From Thermodesulfovibrionia bacterium (GTDB lineage Bacteria > Nitrospirota > Thermodesulfovibrionia > Thermodesulfovibrionales > SM23-35), in contig JBGQMP010000001.1 in assembly GCA_041500685.1 (NCBI GenBank), forward strand, positions 1 to 24,035: 24,035 nucleotides of DNA, in the 5' to 3' direction. This document shows positions 1 to 9,064 of the stretch, one piece after another. The first letter of the stretch is position 1, and the number at the start of each line of letters is the position of its first letter. The notes beneath the pieces are model-generated. The model was given only the letters and a program-made list of their open reading frames with translations. It searched no databases and was not told the DNA's origin. Made by a program: the position numbers and the translations under genes.

Positions 1-197
1 GCACAAAAGGTGTGGAAAAGTCTAGAATTATTTTCTCATTTAAAATCAATATGTTACATCATTGCACTGGAATGTTTATATCGGTATTGCTACTAAGCAT
101 ATCTTATGCCGAACAGTATTGCCTTTACCCTCATTTTTCAATGAAAAGGACTGAATCTAAAATTTTGGAAAAACCTGTTTTTTTAACTATAAAAGTC

Positions 198-227
198 TTG
201 ACAATTTTTTTTGCCCTGTGATATGCT
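198..227 (+). promoter_or_regulatory. sigma70-type promoter of the atp operon
   Basis: Exact TTGACA at 198-203, 18-bp spacer, TATGCT at 222-227 preceded by extended -10 TG (219-220); 40 nt upstream of the b' start. Confidence 0.7.
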
Positions 228-267
228 TTTCCATCTTTTTCAATTCCTTCAAAAGAGAGGTCGGGGT

Positions 268-687
268 ATGTTAGATATTAATTGGTCGTTTTTTGCTATG
301 GTTGTAAATTTTACTCTTCTACTTATCATTTTGAATTTCATTCTCTTCAAACCTCTTCTCGGAATCTTTAAAGAAAGAGAAGACACGGTAAAAGGATCCC
401 TCGATGCAGCAAAAGAAATGAATAATAGGAGAGAGGAGAGCATCACCAGACTGAACAGGGAACTTGCTGAGGCAAGAAGCAAGGCAAAAGAGATCTTTGA
501 AACACTCAAGGCTGAGGGCCTGCAGAAGCAGAAGGAATTTCTCTCACATGCTGAGGCTGAGGCATCAGAAATACTCGATAAGGCCAGGACAGATCTAAGG
601 GCTGAGGTTGAAAAGGCAAGAAAGACATTGAGGGCAGAGATTGATAAATTCTCTGATGAAATCGTGAGAAAGCTGGTGAAGGTATGA
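268..687 (+). CDS. atpF2: F0F1 ATP synthase subunit b' (peripheral stalk)
   Basis: MLDINWSFFAMVVNFTLLLIILNFILFKPLLGIFKER TM plus long charged coiled coil; ATG at 268 follows purine-rich GAGAGG/GGGG SD. The ORF-track TTG at 211 lies inside the promoter. Confidence 0.92.
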   Translation: MLDINWSFFAMVVNFTLLLIILNFILFKPLLGIFKEREDTVKGSLDAAKEMNNRREESITRLNRELAEARSKAKEIFETLKAEGLQKQKEFLSHAEAEASEILDKARTDLRAEVEKARKTLRAEIDKFSDEIVRKLVKV

Positions 688-1262
688 AAAGAAGAAGTTA
701 CTTCCCAATCATAATTGCATTTTGTATTTTAAGTTTTGCATTTGCTTTTATTGCCTTTGCAGCAGAGGAAGAGGCAGCCCAGCCTATCTGGAAAGAATAT
801 ATTTGGAAGGTTATTAATTTTGGAATCCTCTTCTTTATCCTTTATAAATTTGGTAAGAAACCCATTCAGTCAATGCTGAAGCAGCGGAGTGAAATGATTG
901 AGAAGACTCTAAAAGAGGCCAGGGAGGCTAGGGAACTCGCAGAGAAGGCACTTCGGGAAGTGGATGTACGACTTAAGGAAAAAGATAAGGAGATACAGGA
1001 GATTCTCTCTGTGACAAGACGATCGGGTGAAACGGAGCGTGAAAACCTCATAGAACAAGGCAATAGACTGAGAGAAAAGATATTAGAGCAGGCAAAAGCA
1101 AATATAGCGTATGAGCTCAAGCATGCAAAAGAGGCGATTAAGGCAGAGGCAGCCGAAATTGCGATTGAGTTAGCAGAAAAGAAACTGAAAGAAAAGTTAA
1201 CAAAAGAGCAACAGGAAAGGCTACTCGATGAATCTATAGCGAAGATAGGGGGTAGTAATTGA
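684..1262 (+). CDS. atpF: F0F1 ATP synthase subunit b, with N-terminal signal-like extension
   Basis: WKVINFGILFFILYKFGKKPI TM then coiled coil; ATGA overlap with b' stop; position before delta. Confidence 0.92.
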   Translation: MKRRSYFPIIIAFCILSFAFAFIAFAAEEEAAQPIWKEYIWKVINFGILFFILYKFGKKPIQSMLKQRSEMIEKTLKEAREARELAEKALREVDVRLKEKDKEIQEILSVTRRSGETERENLIEQGNRLREKILEQAKANIAYELKHAKEAIKAEAAEIAIELAEKKLKEKLTKEQQERLLDESIAKIGGSN

Positions 1263-1798
1263 AAAGGCTGAAAGAGGTAAAGAAATATGCAAAGGCATTG
1301 CTTGATACCGTTGGCATTGAGAAAGCACCTCAGGCCTTTACCGAGCTGAGCATGGTTAACGACCTGATGGTGAAAAGCAAGGACTTTAAGAGCCTTCTTA
1401 TCAATCCACAGTTTACTCCGGAAGAGAGGGGAAAAATAATAAAGCAGATTGCTGGTAAACTTAAGCTTTCGGATAATGTAGTAAAGTTTATCCTACACTT
1501 AACTGAACTGATGCTTATTATTAGTCTTTCAGAGATAATTAAGATTGCCACAAGCCTTTACCTTGAAAAGAAAAAGAGGGCAAAAGCAGTGGTCATGACT
1601 CCTGTACAGATTAGCAAGAATTATGAAGATAAGCTCCGTACATCTCTGAAGAAACTGACTAACAGGGATGTTGACATAGAGTATGTAATGGATCCTTCCC
1701 TTCTCGGTGGGATCCAAATAAAGGTCGGAAGTACTGTATATGATACGAGCATCAAAGGCCAGTTGAGGCTTTTAAAAAATGAGCTTATGAAGGGGTGA
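1259..1798 (+). CDS. atpH: ATP synthase F1 subunit delta
   Basis: KKYAKAL N-terminus, C-terminal [25 protein letters not shown]; TTG start overlapping the b stop. Confidence 0.95.
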   Translation: MKRLKEVKKYAKALLDTVGIEKAPQAFTELSMVNDLMVKSKDFKSLLINPQFTPEERGKIIKQIAGKLKLSDNVVKFILHLTELMLIISLSEIIKIATSLYLEKKKRAKAVVMTPVQISKNYEDKLRTSLKKLTNRDVDIEYVMDPSLLGGIQIKVGSTVYDTSIKGQLRLLKNELMKG

Positions 1799-1802
1799 AA
1801 TT

Positions 1803-3320
1803 ATGGCTATTGAAGGAATCAAGACAGAAGAGATAAGTGAACTTCTAAAAAAACAGATAACTGATTTCGAGAAAAAGGTTGATGTCAGCGAAATCGGCAT
1901 CGTTACCTATGTCGGTGACGGTGTTGTGAGGATCTATGGCCTCGAAAATGCCATGGCTTCAGAACTTCTTGATCTGCCGAACAATATCGTTGGAATGGTC
2001 CTAAACCTTGAAGAGGACTCTGTTGGAGCAGTTCTATTCGGTGAAGACAGACTTGTTAAGGAAGGTGACATTGCAAAGCGTACAGGAAAGATCATGGAAG
2101 CGCCTGTTGGTGAAGCACTGATAGGCAGGGTCGTGGATGCCATCGGAAGGCCTATAGATGGGAAGGGTCCGATAGCCACAAAAGAGACAAGAAAAGTGGA
2201 TGTTGTAGCACCTGGTATCATAAGAAGGCAGCCAGTCAACCAGCCTCTCCAGACAGGCATTAAAGCAATAGATGCCATGATTCCCATTGGAAGGGGACAG
2301 AGAGAGCTTATCATCGGTGACCGGCAGATAGGCAAATCCACGATCATGATGGATACAATTATCAATCAGAAAGGCGGAGATGTTATATGCATTTACTGTT
2401 CTGTTGGTCAAAGGAGACCTGCCGTCGTCCGCCTGGTGAATACTCTTGAACAATATGGCGCAATGGCGCACACTATCGTCGTTGCTGCATCAGCAAGTGA
2501 ACCAGCTCCAATGCAATATATAGCACCCTATGTAGCCTGTGCGATGGGCGAGTATTTCAGGGATAAAGGAATGCATGCCCTTATCTGTTATGATGACCTG
2601 TCAAAGCAGGCCCAGTCCTACAGGCAGATTTCACTGCTTCTCAGGCGTCCGCCTGCCCGTGAGGCATACCCTGGAGACGTGTTTTATCTCCATTCGAGGC
2701 TCTTAGAGAGGGCTGCGAAGATGTCTGATCAGTATGGTGGCGGTTCTCTCACAGCCCTTCCAGTCATTCAGACCGAGGCCGGGGATATTTCCGGATATAT
2801 TGCTACCAATGTTATATCCATCACAGATGGACAGATATTCCTTGAGACAGAACTCTTTTACGGTGGTGTAAGACCTGCGATTAATGCCGGTCTTTCCGTT
2901 AGCCGTGTTGGAGGCGCTGCACAAACAAAGGCCATGAAACAGATTGCAGGAATGCTCAGGCTCGACCTTGCGCAGTACAGAGAGCTTGCTGCTTTTGCAC
3001 AATTTGCTTCTGATCTCGACAAGTCAACCCGTGCCCAGCTTGAAAGAGGGAAAAGAATGGTTGAGCTCCTCAAGCAGGACCAGTATGTCCCGATGCCAAT
3101 TGATGATCAGATAATACTCATCTATGCCGGAACACAGGGGTTCCTCGATGACCTGCCAATTGAGTCACTAAAGGCTTTTGAGGAAGGTTTCCTCAGGTAT
3201 ATCAGGGCAGAGAAACAGGATCTCAAGAAGGAATTGAGGGAAAAGATGGCATTGGATGATAACCTTAGGGCAAAGATGACTGAGGCCGTGACAACCTTTA
3301 AAAAGTCCTTTCAGCCATAA
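1803..3320 (+). CDS. atpA: ATP synthase F1 subunit alpha
   Basis: [18 protein letters not shown]-loop, [37 protein letters not shown] arginine finger. Confidence 0.99.
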   Translation: MAIEGIKTEEISELLKKQITDFEKKVDVSEIGIVTYVGDGVVRIYGLENAMASELLDLPNNIVGMVLNLEEDSVGAVLFGEDRLVKEGDIAKRTGKIMEAPVGEALIGRVVDAIGRPIDGKGPIATKETRKVDVVAPGIIRRQPVNQPLQTGIKAIDAMIPIGRGQRELIIGDRQIGKSTIMMDTIINQKGGDVICIYCSVGQRRPAVVRLVNTLEQYGAMAHTIVVAASASEPAPMQYIAPYVACAMGEYFRDKGMHALICYDDLSKQAQSYRQISLLLRRPPAREAYPGDVFYLHSRLLERAAKMSDQYGGGSLTALPVIQTEAGDISGYIATNVISITDGQIFLETELFYGGVRPAINAGLSVSRVGGAAQTKAMKQIAGMLRLDLAQYRELAAFAQFASDLDKSTRAQLERGKRMVELLKQDQYVPMPIDDQIILIYAGTQGFLDDLPIESLKAFEEGFLRYIRAEKQDLKKELREKMALDDNLRAKMTEAVTTFKKSFQP

Positions 3321-3364
3321 ATAAGCGGAAGTAAGAAATGGGAAATAAGAGGCATGGAGGATAG

Positions 3365-4249
3365 ATGGCGACCTTAAGAGATATAAGAAAGAAAATAAAG
3401 GCCATCCAGAGCACGAAGAAGATTACAAAGGCAATGAAGATGGTGGCCGCTGCAAAGTTGAGGAAGGTCCAGGACAGGATGCTGAATTTCAGACCCTATG
3501 CGACAAGCATGCAAACGGTTCTTTCGAGCCTCGCAAGGGTCGCAGAGCGGGAGGTGCACCCTCTCCTCGCTGTCAGGCCAAGAAAGACTGTGGAGGTTCT
3601 TGTGATGACCTCTGACAGGGGTCTCTGTGGGGCCTTCAATACAAATATCCTGAGGAGTGCAACTCAGTATATTGATTCCTTAAAGAGAGAAGGTTTTGAA
3701 TTAAGTTTCAGCGCGGTAGGAAGGAAGGCCCGTGATTACTTTCGCCGGAGAAATTTAACAACGAGGAAATCCTGGGTCGGGCTCTCCGGAAGGATAACTT
3801 ATACTAATGCTCAGGAGATTGCAACGGATATCATAGAGAGTTATACAAACGAGACCATAGATGAGGTTGTTCTCATTTATAATGAATTTAAGTCCCTTGC
3901 TACACAAAAACTTTCTATTGTGAAGCTTCTTCCCATAGTTGCGTTGGAGACTGAGGGGGCTGCTGCTGAACATGCCCAGCTTCCAGGTGATTTCCTCTAT
4001 GAACCTTCAGCAGAGAGTCTCTTCGAAAGATTATTACCTAAATATATTGAGATTCAGATTTACAGGGCCCTCCTTGAGTCTTCTGCTGCCGAAGAGGCTG
4101 CAAGGATGAGTGCTATGGAGAATGCCTCAAAGAACTGTGATGACCTCATAACCAAGACAACACTTATCGCCAACAAGTTGAGACAGGCAGGCATAACAAA
4201 AGACCTGATGGACATTGTCGGTGGTGTCGAGGCACTGAAAGCGAAGTAA
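3365..4249 (+). CDS. atpG: ATP synthase F1 subunit gamma
   Basis: KITKAMKMVAAAKL, SDRGLCGAFN, ARMSAMENA, RQAGIT motifs; GGAGG SD. Confidence 0.99.
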   Translation: MATLRDIRKKIKAIQSTKKITKAMKMVAAAKLRKVQDRMLNFRPYATSMQTVLSSLARVAEREVHPLLAVRPRKTVEVLVMTSDRGLCGAFNTNILRSATQYIDSLKREGFELSFSAVGRKARDYFRRRNLTTRKSWVGLSGRITYTNAQEIATDIIESYTNETIDEVVLIYNEFKSLATQKLSIVKLLPIVALETEGAAAEHAQLPGDFLYEPSAESLFERLLPKYIEIQIYRALLESSAAEEAARMSAMENASKNCDDLITKTTLIANKLRQAGITKDLMDIVGGVEALKAK

Positions 4250-4266
4250 TAAAGTATTTTTAATAG

Positions 4267-5724
<1,458 letters not shown>

Positions 5725-5780
5725 AGAAAGTTAAAAGTTAAGAAGTGAAAAGTTAAAAGTGAAGATAGGGGAAGGAATAG

Positions 5781-6191
5781 ATGGAGAATAAATTAAGACT
5801 TGAAATCGTAACACCCTATGGCCTTATTTTAGGTGATGAGGTAGATGAAGTTACTGCTGCTGGAAGTGAGGGTGAGTTTGGGGTTCTCCCGGGACATGTC
5901 CACTTTATTACCACACTCAAGATAGGAATGCTTAACTATAAGAAAGGCAACGAAGTGAGGTATGTCTTTGTGAGTAGTGGATATGCAGAGGTTGGGCCTG
6001 ATAAGGTTACTGTCCTGGCAGATAGCGCTGAAAAGTCAGAAGATATCGATGTGGAAAGGGCTAAGGCAGCAATAAAGCGGGCAGAAGAGAGACTCAAAAA
6101 GATGGAAGAGATTGACTTTGCCAGGGCAGAATCAGCTCTTGAAAGGGCAGCAATAAGGACACAGGTAGCAGGAAGAAAAGCTGTCAGGTAA
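5781..6191 (+). CDS. atpC: ATP synthase F1 subunit epsilon
   Basis: [33 protein letters not shown] motifs; last gene of the operon. Confidence 0.98.
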   Translation: MENKLRLEIVTPYGLILGDEVDEVTAAGSEGEFGVLPGHVHFITTLKIGMLNYKKGNEVRYVFVSSGYAEVGPDKVTVLADSAEKSEDIDVERAKAAIKRAEERLKKMEEIDFARAESALERAAIRTQVAGRKAVR

Positions 6192-6214
6192 GTATTATTA
6201 CGGTTTGAAAATCC

Positions 6215-6246
6215 AAAGGCCATGCTTGTGCATGGCCTTTTTGTTT
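6215..6246 (+). terminator. Rho-independent terminator of the atp operon
   Basis: AAAGGCCATGC-TTGT-GCATGGCCTTT perfect 11-bp stem followed by TTGTTT. Confidence 0.9.
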
Positions 6247-6255
6247 AACCGATAT

Positions 6256-6427
6256 TATTCATAAATTCTTCTGTACGTGTGGAGGATATAATATTTTCGC
6301 TCATTCTCGGGCTAACGCCCTTCGAGGCTTTTGCCTCTTGATTTTTATAAAAATACTATCTGACTATCGGCAAAAGAATCCGCTCAAATACTATATCCTC
6401 CTTTACCGACTAATCGTTTTATGAATA
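6256..6427. mobile_element. 172-bp MITE-like or structured inverted-repeat element
   Basis: 10-bp perfect TIR (6256-6265/6418-6427), inner 15/16 IR (6281-6296/6386-6401), inner 8-bp IR (6328-6335/6369-6376), GGGC-TAAC-GCCC hairpin, central ATTTTTATAAAAAT palindrome. Confidence 0.55.
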
Positions 6428-6444
6428 GAGTGGGTTAACTTCAC

Positions 6445-7197
6445 ATGGATATTACCCTCGACAGTATACGGGATATAAAATTATATCAACCGAGGAAGGG
6501 ATACAGGTTTTCCGTAGACTCTCTTTTACTGTTTGATTTTGTGAACCTCAAGAATGTAAGGAGAATAGGTGACCTCGGCGCTGGGGCGGGTATTGTAGGG
6601 ATTCTACTTGCAAAGAGATACCCTAATGCAGAGATTACCCTTTTTGAGATTCAGGCAAGTCTTGCTGCGCTTGCAGAAAAGAATATTACCCTGAACTGTC
6701 TCGAAGAAAGGGTTAAGGTAATTAAAACTGATATAAGAGAAATAAAACTTCTTCACTCTTCACTCGTCACTCCGCACTCTTTTGACCTCCTTGTATCGAA
6801 TCCTCCCTTCAGGAGACTCAGAAGCGGGCTTATCAGTGAAGAGGAGGAGAAGGCCATTGCAAGACATGAGATAAAGCTGATGCTTCATGAGCTCATTGAT
6901 GCAGCATCATATCTCATAAAGGAGAAAGGCAGGTTCTGTATGGTTTATAACCCTTCCAGACTTTCAGAACTTATGGATATCTTGAAAAAGAGAGACCTGG
7001 AGCCCAAAAGGTTAAGGTTTGTGCATTCCCATATATCGTCAGAAGCGAAGATGGTTTTGCTGGAGGCCGCAAAAGGAGGAAAAGGCGGGCTGAAGGTTGA
7101 TAAACCACTTTTTATCTATAAAGAAGACGGCAGTTACACCGATGAGGTAATGGAGATATACAATCCGACGTATAGCAACTATTACTATCAAAAATAA
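6445..7197 (+). CDS. trmN6: tRNA1(Val) adenine(37)-N6 methyltransferase family SAM-dependent MTase (YfiC/YabB-like)
   Basis: YQPRKGYRFSVDSLLL N-terminus, DLGAGAG motif I, NPPF motif IV, ARHE, PKRLRFVH, EAKMVLLEA family motifs. Confidence 0.85.
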   Translation: MDITLDSIRDIKLYQPRKGYRFSVDSLLLFDFVNLKNVRRIGDLGAGAGIVGILLAKRYPNAEITLFEIQASLAALAEKNITLNCLEERVKVIKTDIREIKLLHSSLVTPHSFDLLVSNPPFRRLRSGLISEEEEKAIARHEIKLMLHELIDAASYLIKEKGRFCMVYNPSRLSELMDILKKRDLEPKRLRFVHSHISSEAKMVLLEAAKGGKGGLKVDKPLFIYKEDGSYTDEVMEIYNPTYSNYYYQK

Positions 7198-7283
7198 GAG
7201 ATTGCTTCGCTACGCTCGCAATGACAAATTGAATAATGACATCTCTTTTCTGTCATTGCGAGGAGCGTGCGACGAAGCAATCC
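7198..7283. repeat. Inverted REP-like doublet (TGTCATTGCGAG class)
   Basis: GATTGCTTCG (7200-7209) pairs with CGAAGCAATC (7273-7282); CTCGCAATGACA (7215-7226) pairs with TGTCATTGCGAG (7251-7262). Confidence 0.9.
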
Positions 7284-7435
7284 CGTTTATTAGAACTAAT
7301 TGAATTAACATGTTCATACTGTATTTTGGACAATATGAGTAGATATAAATTTTTTATTTATTGATTTACATAATTTATATCCTTATGCATCATTTTGATG
7401 TATAATAGAAAAAATTTTTGAAAGGAGGAGATGGT

Positions 7436-8014
7436 ATGAAAAGACTCAGGTTTTTAGGTATCTTGATTCTTTTGCTTGCTCTCCCTGTGATTGCATCTGC
7501 ATATGGAGGTCATGATGGTCTCAACTGTACTGGTTGCCACGGTATTCATAATGCCAAAGGGGATATAATATTTGCGGTTGAGCCGAACAAGAAGGCGATT
7601 AATCCAAGGGCAAAACAGCCTTATACAGGCACAACTGCCCTTTGCCTTGGCTGCCATGAAACCGTGGAAAAAGGCGGTCTCGGAATACTGGCAGTTTCAG
7701 CTGTACACAGCCATCCATATGGAGTTACAGCGAGTGCAAAAGTTGCTACTGTTCCAGCAGCCTTTTTAAGGGATGGGAAGTTAGAGTGTGTGGGCTGTCA
7801 CGACCCTCATCCATCAAATCCATATTATGAATATCTCAGGGTTGATACTGCGAAGGGTGCAAAGATGGCTGAATTCTGTGCACTGTGTCATGCATCGAAG
7901 TCATCTCCAAAGGCTCTCGCAGAAATGAAGGTATTCGACAGTATGGACGAGAGGAAGTTTACTGCGCCTGCAGCACCAGCGCCAGCGGCTCCTGCAGCAC
8001 CTAAAAAGAAATAG
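7436..8014 (+). CDS. Secreted tetraheme c-type cytochrome
   Basis: Signal peptide MKRLRFLGILILLLALPVIASA; four CXXCH (CTGCH, CLGCH, CVGCH-DPH, CALCH); AAAGGAGG SD before ATG 7436 (ORF-track TTG at 7418 includes the SD); Ala/Pro tail; TATAAT at 7401-7406. Confidence 0.9.
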   Translation: MKRLRFLGILILLLALPVIASAYGGHDGLNCTGCHGIHNAKGDIIFAVEPNKKAINPRAKQPYTGTTALCLGCHETVEKGGLGILAVSAVHSHPYGVTASAKVATVPAAFLRDGKLECVGCHDPHPSNPYYEYLRVDTAKGAKMAEFCALCHASKSSPKALAEMKVFDSMDERKFTAPAAPAPAAPAAPKKK

Positions 8015-8027
8015 TTGAATGAGGTTA

Positions 8028-8061
8028 ATGAGTCATTGGTCAATATTGACCAATGACTCAT
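8028..8061. repeat. 34-bp perfect palindrome between the cytochrome gene and xerD
   Basis: ATGAGTCATTGGTCAATATTGACCAATGACTCAT equals its own reverse complement. Confidence 0.95.
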
Positions 8062-8072
8062 GACTATTATCT

Positions 8073-8951
8073 GTGGAACTGTTCAAGAGTTTCCTTATAT
8101 ATCTGTCAGTTGAGAAGGGACTCTCAAAAAATACCATTGATTCCTATTCAATAGACCTCAGGAAATTTCAGGACTTTCTCTTATCGAAGGATAAAGGGTT
8201 TGCCGCATTCTCGAGGGCCGATATTATCGATTTTATCGAAAGGCTGAGAGATGAGGGTTACTCCATATCAAGCATCTGTAGGTATATATCTTCTATAAGG
8301 GGTTTATGCAAATACCTTCTTATTGAAAATGTCATAAAAGATGATCCCTCAGAAAACCTGCAGGCACCAAGGAGGTGGGAAAGACTCCCAAAGGCGCTGA
8401 GTATCTCTGATATCAGATCTTTTCTTGAATTGAGCTCATCTGTTAACAAACCAACCATGATAAGAGACTTTGTAATGCTTGAACTTCTCTACTCCTCAGG
8501 TCTCCGCGTCAGCGAGCTAGTCTTCCTTAAGCTTGAGGCTCTTCATTTAGAGGCGGGGTTTTTAAGGGTTTTGGGAAAGGGTTCAAAGGAAAGGATTGTG
8601 CCTGTCAATACGAGGGCTATAGGAAAGCTAAAGATGTATCTTAATCAGCAGAGACAAGAGATCCTCAAGAAGAGGCAGTCTTCATATCTTTTTGTTACAG
8701 GGAGAGGGAAGCCTATGACAAGACAGCGTTTCTGGCAGACGATAAAGGCCTTGGGCAGGAAGACTGGGATTGAGATTTCACCACATACGCTCAGGCATTC
8801 CTTCGCAACACACCTTCTTGAGGGTGGAGCAGACCTCAGGTCAGTCCAGAAGATGCTCGGTCACTCTGATATATCAACGACCCAGATTTATACAAAAGTA
8901 ACTGCAGAAAGAATAAAGAAAGTCTATGCACGACACCATCCGAGGGCCTGA
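8073..8951 (+). CDS. xerD: Site-specific tyrosine recombinase XerD
   Basis: VEKGLSKNTIDSYSID N-terminus, ELLYSSGLRVSEL (Arg), GKGSKERIVP, HTLRHSFATHLL (HxxR), QKMLGHSDISTTQIYT (His, Tyr); GTG start. Confidence 0.93.
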   Translation: MELFKSFLIYLSVEKGLSKNTIDSYSIDLRKFQDFLLSKDKGFAAFSRADIIDFIERLRDEGYSISSICRYISSIRGLCKYLLIENVIKDDPSENLQAPRRWERLPKALSISDIRSFLELSSSVNKPTMIRDFVMLELLYSSGLRVSELVFLKLEALHLEAGFLRVLGKGSKERIVPVNTRAIGKLKMYLNQQRQEILKKRQSSYLFVTGRGKPMTRQRFWQTIKALGRKTGIEISPHTLRHSFATHLLEGGADLRSVQKMLGHSDISTTQIYTKVTAERIKKVYARHHPRA

Positions 8952-8954
8952 AAA

Positions 8955-9047
8955 AGTTTACCCAGTTTATTTAGTTTATTGAGTTTCTTGAGTTGAAACT
9001 TTAAAAAAACCATGTAAACTGAGTAAACTTTGTAAACTAGATGAACT
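8955..9047. repeat. Two opposed 9-bp-period tandem arrays
   Basis: AGTTT units at 8955, 8964, 8973, 8982 (AGTTG at 8991); complementary T(A/G)AACT units at 9015, 9024, 9033, 9042. Confidence 0.85.
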
Positions 9048-9064
9048 CTCCGTGGAGGTAATCA

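Noticed and set aside
32-59. dif-like site (ATATGTTACAT resembles the XerD arm)
   Set aside because: 9/11 match to one arm only; no XerC arm at the 6-bp spacing.
12-221. 69-aa ORF upstream of the atp operon
   Set aside because: No SD or recognisable motif; it overlaps the atp promoter in AT-rich DNA.
7363-7390. Second dif-like or FNR-like sequence upstream of the cytochrome gene
   Set aside because: Arm spacing is 9 rather than 6 bp for dif, and the FNR right half-site has two mismatches; expected by chance in AT-rich DNA.
8073-8951. Tyrosine recombinase as a phage or island integrase
   Set aside because: Length and motifs fit housekeeping XerD; neighbours are core genes; no att site or tRNA seen.
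8955-9047. CRISPR array
   Set aside because: 9-bp period with no unique spacers and no cas genes; the REP clusters also lack repeat-spacer regularity.
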